64,000 nucleotides of DNA. It comes from Oikopleura dioica (taxonomy: Eukaryota > Animalia > Chordata). This document shows positions 24,331 to 35,776 of the stretch, piece after piece. A program made the translations under genes and the position numbers. The stretch lies in the NCBI GenBank assembly GCA_907165135.1, contig OU015569.1, forward strand, positions 5,022,001-5,086,000, written 5' to 3'. Numbering within the stretch: the stretch's first letter is position 1; each line of letters opens with the position of its first letter. The notes under the pieces are model-generated. The model ran no database searches. It was not told the origin of the DNA and saw only the letters and a program-made list of their open reading frames with translations.

Positions 24331-24569
24331 CCACGGGGGAGAAACAATCAACCGAATTAAATATGAGAATTGAAAAACTCATTCTCTTAAGAATCGGCTA
24401 AGACTGAAAAGTTCGGCCCTTTCTCTTGCCCAAGAAATTCTGAAAAGAACATCTGGGTCTTCAAGTTGTAACTGAGACTGAAGAAAAAAACAAAGAAGAA
24501 GGATTTGATAAATGAAGTTAACTGTTTTATTTTTAACAAAGTTTTCCTTAGAAATAAATAAATGCAGGC

Positions 24570-24950
24570 AATGGTGGAAGTTAAAGTTTTAGCACGAACT
24601 TAGTCTCTCCGAAAGCAGCAAGAAGTGGAATTTCAAGATCGCAAGAGACACTGTTTTTTACGGAAAGTCACGCATCTCATCCGCGCTCGCCCATCTTCTC
24701 GTTCGTGTTGAATACTCCTTTACAGGTCTGTCCTCAGCGTAATTGCATGCTTCCAAAAACGTACTAAAATATCCAATCACACTCAAACTACTAGTTTTCG
24801 ACATTAATTACCGGTATTCCTGCTCTCTTTTCTCGACATGTTCTGACAGAACTTTGTACATTTCGACCGATCTGAACAAGAAATTCGCGCCGAAAAAAAA
24901 CATCAAATCCCCACCTTTTGAAGTTCAGACCAAGTTCCGTTTGAGACATT
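24570..24950 (-). CDS. Possible small spliced gene (MSQTELGLNFK...)
   Basis: Short open segments bounded by GT/AG; no domain recognised. Confidence 0.3.
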
Positions 24951-25256
24951 CGAATTTTGATGATTTCCTCGCGTATACTCTGTCCGGATAAATCCGTCTC
25001 TCCTTTCTCTTTCGCGGCTCCTACAAAATACCGCTATTTCTATTTCCGACTGAATTCTGGCATGTTTTTCGATTGAAATCAAAGAGGACTTTCTCTTGAA
25101 AAGAACCCGCTTGCGGCTAGGAGAAAATTAGGCAGCTTCTCAATTTCCAAGAGAGATTATTTTGTTAATGAGAATCGAAATTCCAGCTATAATTCAGTCA
25201 GATTTACGAGTAGCGGTACGGTCATTGAAATCATGAAAGACAATAAAAATGATTTG

Positions 25257-26213
25257 TCACGTACTTAATTCTTCCAATTTCTCCCTTCCCGTAAGCAATT
25301 CTAGTTGGCATTGGATGCGGCTTCTCAAGTTCAACTCCTTGTGTCCCTTTCCTCGCTGAACATTCTGTCGTTTCACAATCAGCTCGTCAAAAAGCTGCTC
25401 AACAAGCTGAGAAATTCGTTGGCTCTTCTTATCGTTCAAAGTGCGATCGAGAAAGGATTGCGCTCCCAACTCCGCGACTTTTTCTGGACTGGCTAGTAGT
25501 TTTTTGGCTGCCTGGTCCTCGGCTTCGGCGACACTGACGGCCACCTTCTCGAATTCAATTCCCAAGTCGTCCTCTTCGTCGGAAGTTTCGGGGATGACTT
25601 CATCCTCGGCGGCATCTTCTTTTTCGTTGATTTTTTTCGATGCGGCCTTTTCGTCCTCCAATTTCTGGAGCTCCTTTTTGCGAGCCGCCAGTTTGAACCG
25701 TTTAGCTTTCTTCGCCAATTCTTCACTGCAATCGATCGTAGTCATGTAGCCGTAAACATTGACTTCTCTAGGCATCAAGGGCGGATGCTCAGGATACATA
25801 AGAGTAGTTCTAGCGCCAATTTGAGGATTCCCAAGAATGAGTTTCTGCTTTTCTAAATTTCTATTTGCGGCTTCAATGGCAGAATTGTTTGACACTTTTT
25901 TTTCTGTCGCATTTTTTGTCTTAAGAGATTTAGAATCATCTTGCCTGTAGTATTCGTACACCTTCAGCAGATTTAGTCACTAGTACTAATACTTAATTCT
26001 TACGCTTTTGTAGACTTTTTCTGTTGCCGCTTGCCTCATTTGTTCGAGATAAAACTGCACTTTCGCCTTCTTATCCGCTTCAGACATCTCCATTTGTCCG
26101 ATTGCGTTATTTCCTGGACTTGCTGATCCGAATAGATCTTTTCTGCTGGCTTCGTTTGATCTATTCCCATATCCTGGTCGTTTGGCAGGCTTTTTTACTT
26201 TCTTTCTTACCAT
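25257..26213 (-). CDS. Charged, coiled-coil-rich hypothetical protein, 2 exons (about 300 aa)
   Basis: ORFs 26213-26005 and 25961-25257 separated by a short intron; K/E-rich; no family recognised. Confidence 0.65.
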
Positions 26214-26289
26214 TCTTCAAGGATTAAAATTTGCAGACAGATAAATCGTAGAAATCGTAACACAAGTTCTGAAAGAACATAAATTAAAA

Positions 26290-26389
26290 GCTGCGCAGCG
26301 GCTTTTTTGTTAGCGACTTCGCGGCTTCGCAAATATAACCATTAAAACCTGACTTATGTTAGGTAAGGTTTACAGGTTGCGTAGCCCAG
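26290..26389. mobile_element. Partial hAT MITE (right end)
   Basis: GCGGCTT...CGCGGCTTCGC internal motif and ...ACAGGTTGCGTAGCCCAG terminus matching copies 1 and 2. Confidence 0.45.
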
Positions 26390-26699
26390 TATGATACAAT
26401 ATAAATTAGAAAAAATTATTATTTTTTTTTAAATTAGAATCAAAATATGAAGCTTGCTAAATGCTTGCAAATGCAGTGTTATGGAACATATGAGTGTGTG
26501 CAGTGATGCTTGATGAACTCTCTTAATAATGTGGTAATAATCCATATAGCAGATTATAAACTGATAATCAAAAATGAGGAAGCGCGTGCTTTGGACTTGG
26601 CGCGGCGCGTCGATTGGTCCATTCAAAAAATGCAGCGAGTCAGCGGGACGATTTCAGAGTGAAGGTCAGGAACACACATCCAATTTCCGAGAAAGAAAA

Positions 26700-27824
26700 A
26701 TGAACCATGGGGACCTGGGAAAGCTGGGAGAGAATCTTCTTCTCGAAGAATGTCGATATGGCGAAACAACGCGTCAACGAAGCGTTGTTTGAGAGACTTG
26801 ATGTTAATCTCGTCGGCGAGCGAACGGGTAAATAGAGGCGAAATACTATTTCGACGTTTTCTTAATACTAGAATTACTTTTATTCTTTTTCAGGTTTCAG
26901 CGCGCTGATGCTGGCAGTTGCCTTCAAGCATGACGACCGGTTGGAAATCGTGAAACGGTTGTTAGCTCGCGGTGCCAAAGTCAACGCCCAATGTTCCGAT
27001 AAGAATGTTTCTGCACTCCATGTTGCTGCTCAGAAAGGTTCTTTTATTTATTGACAAAGCAGGTTTTCATCAAATTTTCTTATTACAGGCGCGCTAGATT
27101 GTGTGACGCTCTTGCTGAAGCACGAAGCGGACCCGACTTTGGTTGATTCTGAAGGGCAAACACCAGGCGAAGTCGCGTACTCCGAGTTGATAGACGAGCG
27201 CAACCGGGTGCGGCAGGAGATCAAGGAGCAATGCTACTGCAGGCTGAAGCACGCGCGCGAAGATTGGATGCAGCGAAAACTAAAGCAGAGCGGCGCCACT
27301 CCTGAGTTTCGACGAAATGTCTTGCAGTCTGTTTATCGAGGTTCTCCGCCAGCAAAAGCCTCTAAGAAAAGAAACCCATCGCCAGAAATCTCGTCGACAG
27401 AAGCGATCCATGGTTCTGCGGATGAGGGCCAGAAGAGAACGCCGATTCGAAAGACTAACAAGGATTCCCCAAAACAAACTACCCGACAACGAGTTGCATC
27501 AGGAAACAGGAAAAGTCCTTACTTGCGGGGCTCGGCAACGGGTCGCCAGTCCCCTCATCAGCTGTACATTAACCGTCCGGGCTTGGGCAAGTTGGAGATT
27601 ATAAACACCCCCCGAAAAGTCGTCCTGGAAGACAATCTCTTTCCCTCTCCTAGATTGAGCTCAAGGAGCCGCAATCCATCTTCAAGACAGCGACACCAAT
27701 CAGATGCTCCCGATCCATTCTCACCTCGAGTTACGCCAAAACCATCGGTAATATTTACATACAAAATTTCAATGTTAATCCCTGTTCAAGGAAAAGTCCA
27801 ATCAAGAGGCGAAAAAGACGGGAG
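26700..27824 (+). CDS. ANKLE1: ANKLE1/LEM-3, 5' part (ankyrin repeats + start of disordered region), cut by the transposon
   Basis: GFSALMLAVAFKHDDRLEIVKRLLARGAKVNAQ, VSALHVAAQKGALDCVTLLLKHEADPTLVDSEGQTPGEVA; last exon piece EKSNQEAKKTG ends at the TIR. Confidence 0.85.
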
Positions 27825-28300
27825 CACTGGTAGAAGTCTCCAATTGTGGCAGGGTGAAAAAAAAATTTTTTTTTCTGAATGGCTCATCTGAAAGAGCTTC
27901 TCAAACTGTATAAAAAACGTTTTTACAGTCTGCCCAAATCTTTGAAATTTTCGAGATTTGGACTTGTCAGAGGTGGAAATTCCGAAATTTTAACTGCTCG
28001 TAGAGCAAAATTTTTCCATAACAAATTTTTTTTTCTATTTTTTTTCGGAAACTCTATAGTCGAATCTATGTGCTCGCGAAAATTGAAGCAGATCGGGCAA
28101 CATTTGGGCTGCAAAAATTTTTTTTTGAGGATTAGTTTTGCATTAATTTTGCAAATATAAAGCATATACTTTTATTTAATTACAAACTACAAAAAATTAA
28201 TCAAATAATGCTCTAAAGTCACTTGAGGTCATTTGAGGTCATCTGAGGTCATTTGAGGTCAACTTTTTTTTGCCGGTAAATTACATATTTTTATTTATTT
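27825..28300 (+). repeat. Left TIR with a (GAGGTCATYT)n array
   Basis: High-identity reverse complement of 40965-41439; AGGTCA at 28226, 28236, 28246 and 28256. Confidence 0.9.
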
Positions 28301-28794
28301 GAAACATGAAAACGATTATTTTATCAATTTTAAAAACAAAAAATAATTTTTATACCGTGCATATGTGTAAGATGCAAATAAAAAAGCACTTTAAACTAAA
28401 AAGAATGAGGCATGTTGTGTTTGTTCCTTCTCGTTTTGTTCTTCTTTTAAAAATCTTCTCAGTCAGAAAATCCAGGCATTCTGCGATGAAAATTTCCTTA
28501 ATATTTTTAAAATTTAAAAAATAAAGATACAAGCAATTACTTTTTTTTCTCGACGGCATAAGAGAGAGTTTAGAGCAGTCAAAGAAGATTGTTTGACGAT
28601 CTGAAACTTTAACACTGAGGATTTCGACCATATTTTTCATGTTTATAAATACCTTTCTTTCGTTTAGGAAGACTCCGTGGTTCTGGATAACTGTCATTCG
28701 CTGTTAAAATTTGTTTTTCGACGCTCTATTAAAAATAATTTAAAAGGCAAAGATTTCAGATAGTAAGATATTTGAAGTTACTGTAAAATATTCT

Positions 28795-30109
28795 TTATTT
28801 AAGGACTTGTTTGCTTAATATCCATTTTTCGAAAAGAATGATGCCGGGGGCAGGGTCCTTAAATCTAAGCTTCTATGAGTATCCTCAATTTTACCTGAAT
28901 AATTGAGACGATTAATTGACGAGCATAATTGTCTTTCAGATGAACTTTATCTGGCGAAAAAAAATGCTGTTTGAGGCTTCTGAAGAATCGGTACTCAAAA
29001 ACATTCAATTTTTTAGTTCTATTTCCAATTAAATGAAAACCTCTTCCTGTTTTACTCGATAATAGTTAGCTAAGCTAGGTACTTTTGCACTTAATATCTT
29101 CTTGAGCCATTTTTGTGTTGATTCTTCAATTGTTCTAAGCGGCTTAGCAAGTGGAAAAGGTTGAACAAAGAGGATTTTTCTTGCATTCGTAAACAGCGAT
29201 GTAAGGGTTCTATGTAAAACCTTTGAAAAGTTCTTTTATTTTTATTTTGTTAATTATCTTTATAATCGGACATAGATAAAAAAAAATGTTCTTGCGACGA
29301 TTTAGATAGAGAAAGAACTATCCTGAATTGCTTTATCTAGGTCAACATCTTGGAATGCCAGTGTTGATGCCTTCAGAATATTGTTGTGTCCAGCATAGAC
29401 TAGAACTGTTCCGGAGACGCGCGAATGACAATTTGTATGGCAATTTTCGCATAAAAATCTCTCCGGTAGATTTTCACCATAGTTCCAGGCATTCCGGCTC
29501 TTGATTTGAAGAATTGGTCTTCTTTCCTCATCGCAGATTTGTCCTACTTTCATCAGGACTGCTAATTCAGTTAAACAGGCACCAGAATATGACGTAATAA
29601 TCCAGTTTTTTTTCTTTAATTTGTGTTTTCCGAAATATTTTATCTAAAGTGGTGTTTGAATAATTTCTTACTTTAGCTAATGAAACACATATATAAGGGG
29701 ACTCCGCGGAAAACCAAAAGCAGGTCGCACCCTCATATTTTGAAAATTTTTACGCGTCTACTTAAAGATCTCAAGATGCTCATTCAGAATCGCGATTAAA
29801 AATTGTATCGGGGGCATCGGGATATAGATATGATGGCCGCCGAAAAGAGGCCCACAAACCATAAAATCGAATTTTTCTCGAATTCCCAATACCCCCGATA
29901 TGATGTTTATTCGCGATTCTGAACAGGCATATCAAGAGCTTTAAGAAAATGTGTTCAAAATTATCTCTCCATAAGGACGCCCCCATTAAAGTATTTTTTC
30001 CGCGTAGACCTAACTGTTCTATCATCTTTTTATATTCAAACAGTCCTGTGAATCTCCGAGAAGGAAATTTGTTTTTTCGTATCCGAAGAAACATGGTCGG
30101 CGCCAGCAC
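28795..30109 (-). CDS. Transposon-borne SGNH/GDSL-hydrolase-like protein, multi-exon; 5' end uncertain
   Basis: Spliced WIITSYSGAC (block II-like), VLVYAGHNNI (block III-like), FFSPDKVHL (block V DxxH); clean 47-nt and 37-nt GT-AG introns; stop at 28795; block I Ser not firmly located. Confidence 0.55.
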
Positions 30110-30194
30110 TCTCGTTCATGCCCTTTGAACCATAAAGACTCCATAACTAATGTATGATATTAAGGATAGAACATGGATATTATGGATAGAACAT

Positions 30195-30577
30195 CGGCTG
30201 AGCGCGGCTGCCCGTTTAGCGCCCCGCCATGACCGTTTTTTCAGAGACCCGTCAAATCTGAACGGTAAATGATTTTATCTTTATTATTTTTGCTTTATGA
30301 TCATCAAAGCCTATTCTTTTATACAAACAATTTGAAAATATCAAAATGGGATAACTTGGTCAAAGTCTCGGAATGAGAGCGACTCTTTCAAAGCCCTCTA
30401 TAAAAATCTAAAGATTTATTTTGAAACTCAGACTAGAAATAAAAGGAAAGTAGAAGTGAAATAGAAGACTAAAAGTGAAGAAGTCGGAGCTCTACAAAAT
30501 CGAAGAATATAATTCATCGTTCAGATTAGACGGGTCTCTGAAAAATAGATAACGACGGGGCGCTAAACGGGCAGCCG
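30195..30577. mobile_element. MITE nested in the large element
   Basis: About 70-bp TIRs GGCTGCCCGTTTAGCGCCCCG...AGAGACCCGTC.AATCTGAACG and their reverse complement at 30517-30577; AT on both flanks. Confidence 0.75.
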
Positions 30578-31145
30578 ATCTTATATTTTACGCTTAAGAT
30601 GGAGAAAACAATTTTTCAATTAACTAGTTTTCCATTTTTCTAACATAGATATTGCGCTCATTTTTCTGACCTGTGTCGAGGCATCACCCATGTTCCGTTA
30701 TGAGAACATACAGACAGTTTGAATCGATGATAAATATTAAATATCTTCTGTGTTTCAGGATTTGATTGAAGAATGGCTGTTTTATTTTATAGTCACACGG
30801 GCAATAAAAAAAATTATAAGCATTCTGAATTCAATGATTTGATTTCTTCTTTCTTTTGCCTTTCTTTTACTCACAGAAAAGAGAATTTCAAAAACAAGAA
30901 TTAACAATTAGGAATATTTGTATTTAACAACGAGGAAAAAAAATGTAATCGTGATATTTCCAGATCAGGAAAAACGGACTCTTTTCGATTCAGCATTGAC
31001 TTCACTTGAATGCTGTGCGACTCTTTTTGATGGAGTTGTTTTATTGCACACCCAATGACTTAAATTTATGAACTGTATTTATTAATATTGCCATACTTAA
31101 TTTTTTTGAGTTGATTTTCCTTGATCTCAAGAATATTCGACGATG

Positions 31146-31520
31146 TTATTTCTGGTGTTCCAGCTTTGAATTCTTGCTCAATTCTTTAATAATTTTTATA
31201 AATAATTTTAAGCAACAAATAATTTTAAAGATTTTTTTTAACCTGTTGAGCACATAGACCGCGCAATCACGATTCGTTTGCGGAACATTTTCGCGTTTTT
31301 TCTTCCAAGGGCCCTGATCATTCAGAATTTTTCCAATAGTATCAAGAAGTTTTTTTTTCGAACTATCAATGGCGTTTTGATAATTTCCAATAGCCCCATT
31401 TGTATCATAGACAGTAACTGAGCGAGATTTGACATTAACGATCAAGAGTGCCGCGTGGTTTTCATCTTTTGATGACAGCAATAATGGTGCACAAATTTTT
31501 TTCGTTTCTTAAGGCTTGGG
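31146..31520 (-). CDS. Ulp1/SENP-type (peptidase C48) cysteine protease domain
   Basis: KKICAPLLL...NHAALLIVNVKSRSVTVYDT...VPQTNRDCAVYVL retains H, D, Q and C of the C48 active site. Confidence 0.75.
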
Positions 31521-31820
31521 TCATTATAAGTGCCTTGAGTCATGTTTCCGACGGAAGATGTAGGATATGAGCAAAAATCTGTTTCTCGAATTTTAAATTC
31601 GGACAAGATAACGATTTTGACCCCGGACTTTGGAAATTTCCGCTTTCAGAGAAGATTTTGATATTTCGCTTAAGAAAAACAGAAAATTAGGTTTTAAAGC
31701 TCTAGAGTCACACCTTTGGCGGGCCACAGGGTAGAGGATACTGACTGTTTTATTTGTATTTTCTAATCTTAAGAGCGCAATCTTAATCAGGGTTCTCTAG
31801 AGCATATAGCCCTGTTTTAG

Positions 31821-34800
31821 TTAATGACGTTCGGTCGTTAAAACCCTTAACTGAGCTTGAATATCTGTTGCAGAGTAGACGTAATCGCTGATTGTTTGTT
31901 TGTTTGATAATTCTCGAAGATTGACGGGTCTTCTTTGAGGCTGATTTTTATTATCAATAATTATTGTTCCGTCTTTCTGTCCGATTTTTCTGGAAAATGT
32001 GTTTCCAGAATTTCGAACACAGAGACTAATTTTTCCACTGGAACAGAGATCGCAGCTGCAGACTATGTCTTTTGCATAAAGAGCTCCTCTTGCTGCGTCG
32101 AAGTTTATCATACGAATCGATTTAATTGACGGTATGTTGAGATTTACGGAAGATTTCGTGGTCTCTTCATTTTTATTCTTGAGAATGGCATATTCTCGCC
32201 CAGCAAAATTTTGTTTTGCGCGTTTTTCTTTTTCTTCTGTCCGCAGCTTCTGCTCATTTTCCTTCAAGAATCCGAGGCATTCATCAAGAGTACCACAGCG
32301 ATTTACAAGTTTCGCATTTTTTATCGTGGTAGCGCAGTGACTATGGGCGCCATCGACGAGGCCTCAGAATTCTAGAATTAGTTTCGCGGAAAAAATACCT
32401 TTTCCATGGCGGCTGGTTTTGAAAATATAAGTTCTCCGCAGGCCATCGTTATTTGAAATGGCATGGTGAAAATGTTCCCTCGATTTGAATTCAGAGCTCG
32501 CATTATGTAAAACAGGGTTCGGGAAATTCAAAGATCTTATAAATCCGCAAGATCGAAATAGACCATTACCTACCGACGAGCCATAATGGAATTATCGTCA
32601 ACATTAAAATGCAAATTTTAACCCTTTCGAACCCTTTCAGAAATCCTGTTAATGACTGTGAAATTTATGTTTCGATTTTTAAAATTTTCAACAATCATTT
32701 TTTCCGCCTCAATCGGCGCTCCGGCAAATTTCTTCTCCATAAGAAAATGAAAGTATTGCATTTTTTGTATTTCGTTTTCATTCCATCGAGCGACCGCCGT
32801 TAAAACGTTACAATTCAATCCAAGGCGCCCGGCTTGAAGATATTCATGCTATTTTTAGGGTTCATGTAAACAAGCCAAGCGAAATTAATGAATTTTCTGA
32901 TCCCGAACTGTGACGCAGTATTATTTTGAAGAACAAACGTCGAGGCGTAGTCAAGCTTTCCACGGGTCTCAGAAAGTTCTTGCTTATAGACACACTTGAC
33001 GTATTCATTCGATACAATTTAAGACCCTCGGCTCAAGATGAAGACTCCCTGGCTTAACATCTCCATGTTCATATACTTTAAGATCTTCTTTATTTCTGCT
33101 CTTGTCGATGCTATGGGCAAGTGTTTCTCTCGTCATACTTTTAAGCTGATCGAAGAATTGCCGTATTGGCATTTTACCGCGAGTTTCGCTACCAGAAACA
33201 AAAGCTGTCTCAGCTTTAACTCCAGCTTTGAGGAGTTCGAATCTGTCAAAGGCAACGGTCTCGTCAGGATGCATTTGTACGACTTTTTCGAATATTTCTC
33301 GATCAAAGTCTTCCATAAATTCATCCGGACCAACGCAACTCTTGTGAGTGCAGTCGCTGCAGGATGTTGAATTTTTTGGGTGAACAAAGCAACTTGTCTT
33401 CTTTTTACGATCAGTGACACAATATTGTTTGTCCGTTGTTGCACAGGTGCTCCTTTCCAAGATTTCTTTGAAATTGAAGCCTGCCAATGCGGGAACGTCT
33501 TATGGAGGGGGGCTTTTTTATCCTCAAGATCTTGTTAGGACCTGTTAACGGATTCTGCGATGAACTGTGATATCTAAGAAAAGAGTCTCCTGTCCTAATT
33601 TCTTTCCAAGGCTCTGCGCAGCCTTCTCATAAGTTCCCTTGTTAAGGCAGGACTAATAAATGGTCTTAATCATATCATGGTGTGATTTCCATTACAGTGA
33701 CAATAAATTTATAATAATTCACGATTTAAGACCCTATCTCGCAGGCGCATACAACTTGCGTTGTACGTGAGGGCGGAATGTAGTAAAATGGAGTCATACT
33801 TTTGAACTCCTTCAAAGTTAGGTGTGTAAGCTGTGGATATTCACTAATAAATTCAGCGTGAAGTTCTTCAAGAGTTTTTTTCAGTATTCTTCTCGAAGTG
33901 GTCAGAGACTGAGTCGTTGGTCGTAGCAAGTCAATTTTATGGGTTCGCGTATCACATTTTTCACGAAGATATTTCAAGACAGTGCGGTCAAGAATTAAGG
34001 ATTCCCTTAGAGTTGCTTTCTTTTGACTCGGATCAATGAAAGCTCTCTCGTCAAGAAATGCGTCTATTGCCGAAACAAATATAGGATTATAGACATGATG
34101 GAGATCGTAAAATTCATTAATTTTATAATCCAATCTAATGAAATATTCGCGGATTTGATCTGATTGAAATTGGCATAATTTTCCCCAGATTCTTTTTCAT
34201 CTGCAAGCTTCTTCAGTTTCTTTTTCTAAAGCGAGGTCGCTCAACTTTCCGATATTTATAATAGGGTGTTTTTCCATTTACTCTATCAATATTGTTTTGG
34301 ACTTTTTGACCGGTCCTTAATTCCAAATGTCGAGGAAAGAACATGAATTCTTTCTTGCGAATTATTTTCTTTTAATACCGCTTTTAAAATCACGTTCTCA
34401 TTTTTCCAAGTTGATTTGTCAAGCATATTTTCATTATTTCACTAGAATTATAATCTTTTATAAATTGTTCTATTCTTTTATAAAATTTTCTCTTCACAAA
34501 CCTTGGTAAAAGCTGCATTTTGATGAGAGTATTTTGATTCTGCTCACTCAGGTTTTGCATTTCACTTTTAATTTCCTCGGTTGTTTTCAAAGTTGACAGA
34601 GCTTCCAAAATACTTGGAACGGAAGATGTACTGGCAATTTCTTCAAGTGCACCTATCAAGTTTTCTTTTTCAAGTTCAAGCCGCTCAGCGGGATTTTCAT
34701 CTATCCAATCAGGATCAGAGTCATCTTCCTCAGAATTCGTCGTTTTATTCTTTTTAAGAATAGAGCGAGGCTGAATGTTTAGTTCCTGCTCTTGGTTCTG

Positions 34801-35510
34801 TTCAACACTTCCTTCCTCTTCTCTAGAGGCGCGTGATATTTTTTCGAGACGAACGTCAGCATCCAAATGCTCTATCGTTGATTTTGATAGAATCCCGACT
34901 TCTTGAGGCATAAAAAGCATCTGCTCACTTGCCTCGACATTTTTCGTTAACACTGTAGGCAAATTTTTTGATGAATGCGGTGCCTCTTGATTTTCAAGAA
35001 GATAAGGCTCTTCAGATGATTTTTGCACCCTGACAGGTTCTTCTCTAACAGCTTGAACTAGACCGGAGCCGAAGTCATCTTTGTGATTACTCACGTGGTC
35101 TTCAATATGCTCTAATGGGATCCTCTGGCAGCATATAAAGCAGGTTGGCAAAACGCATTGTCTGATCTCATGCTGTCGTTTTACCCGGCCATTCTGTTTT
35201 GTTGGACGACTTCCACAGCATTTGTAGGCATCTTTTCTCTTCAATAGCTTCACATCATAGTCTTTGCTTGTGACGGAAGCCGTACAGTTACCAAGGTGAT
35301 TATTGTATAAATCCAAAGAAGAAAAGTGCTTTTTGCAATCTTATTTTTGATAAGAACACAGCATACTTAGACAATCCTGATAATTATTATCTTTCCTGTG
35401 CAGACTCGACCAGAGCATATTTTAACATGATCATGAAATGCTGAGGCAGTAGAAGATGTTGGAAAATTATTTCCACATTTACGACAACAAGAGTATCCTT
35501 TGATGGATTT
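31821..35510 (-). CDS. CMC/CACTA-type DDE transposase with N-terminal zinc fingers, multi-exon, possibly decayed
   Basis: RILKKTLEELHAEF...EFKSMTP...VCACE; LDYASTF; NASSEFKSR...F; TSRHGKG/LVDG; C-terminal VCSCDLCSSG; N-terminal C2H2-like CRKC...FHDH and CFICCQRIPLEHIEDHV; apparent in-frame stops at about 33654 and 35350. Confidence 0.8.
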
Positions 35511-35534
35511 TAACAGCGCTCAAGCTAAAAAGCT

Positions 35535-35605
35535 AGACAAGTCCTGGGATTGAACAACGGTTTCCCGCGTCCGGCCGGGGTGTGCTACCACTGGATCAAC
35601 TCGCC
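35535..35605 (-). ncRNA. Degenerate tRNA-like (Pro-like) Pol III unit or SINE head inside the transposon
   Basis: GGCGAGT...ACTTGTC 7-bp acceptor stem, A-box-like TGATCCAGTGG, B-box-like GTTCAATCC, TTTTT at 35527-35531; D, anticodon and T stems mispaired. Confidence 0.5.
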
Positions 35606-35776
35606 GAGATCTCTATCGAGATTTTGAAATGATACTCTGAACGGTCGGGCCTGAGCGCTGCTAGGACCCATCACCTTTATAATTGGACAATTTAATCGAT
35701 GGACGAGACGTCGGTCCATTGTATCTATTGGGTTGTAAGCGGTCGTTTGGGCAGACAAGTAAAGATAGAAAAATTT

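Noticed and set aside
24155-24382. ORFs on both strands
   Set aside because: They overlap the U2 snRNA.
27841-28165. ORFs 27879-28160 and 27923-28165, and the N-terminus of ORF 41378
   Set aside because: They are translations of TIR sequence.
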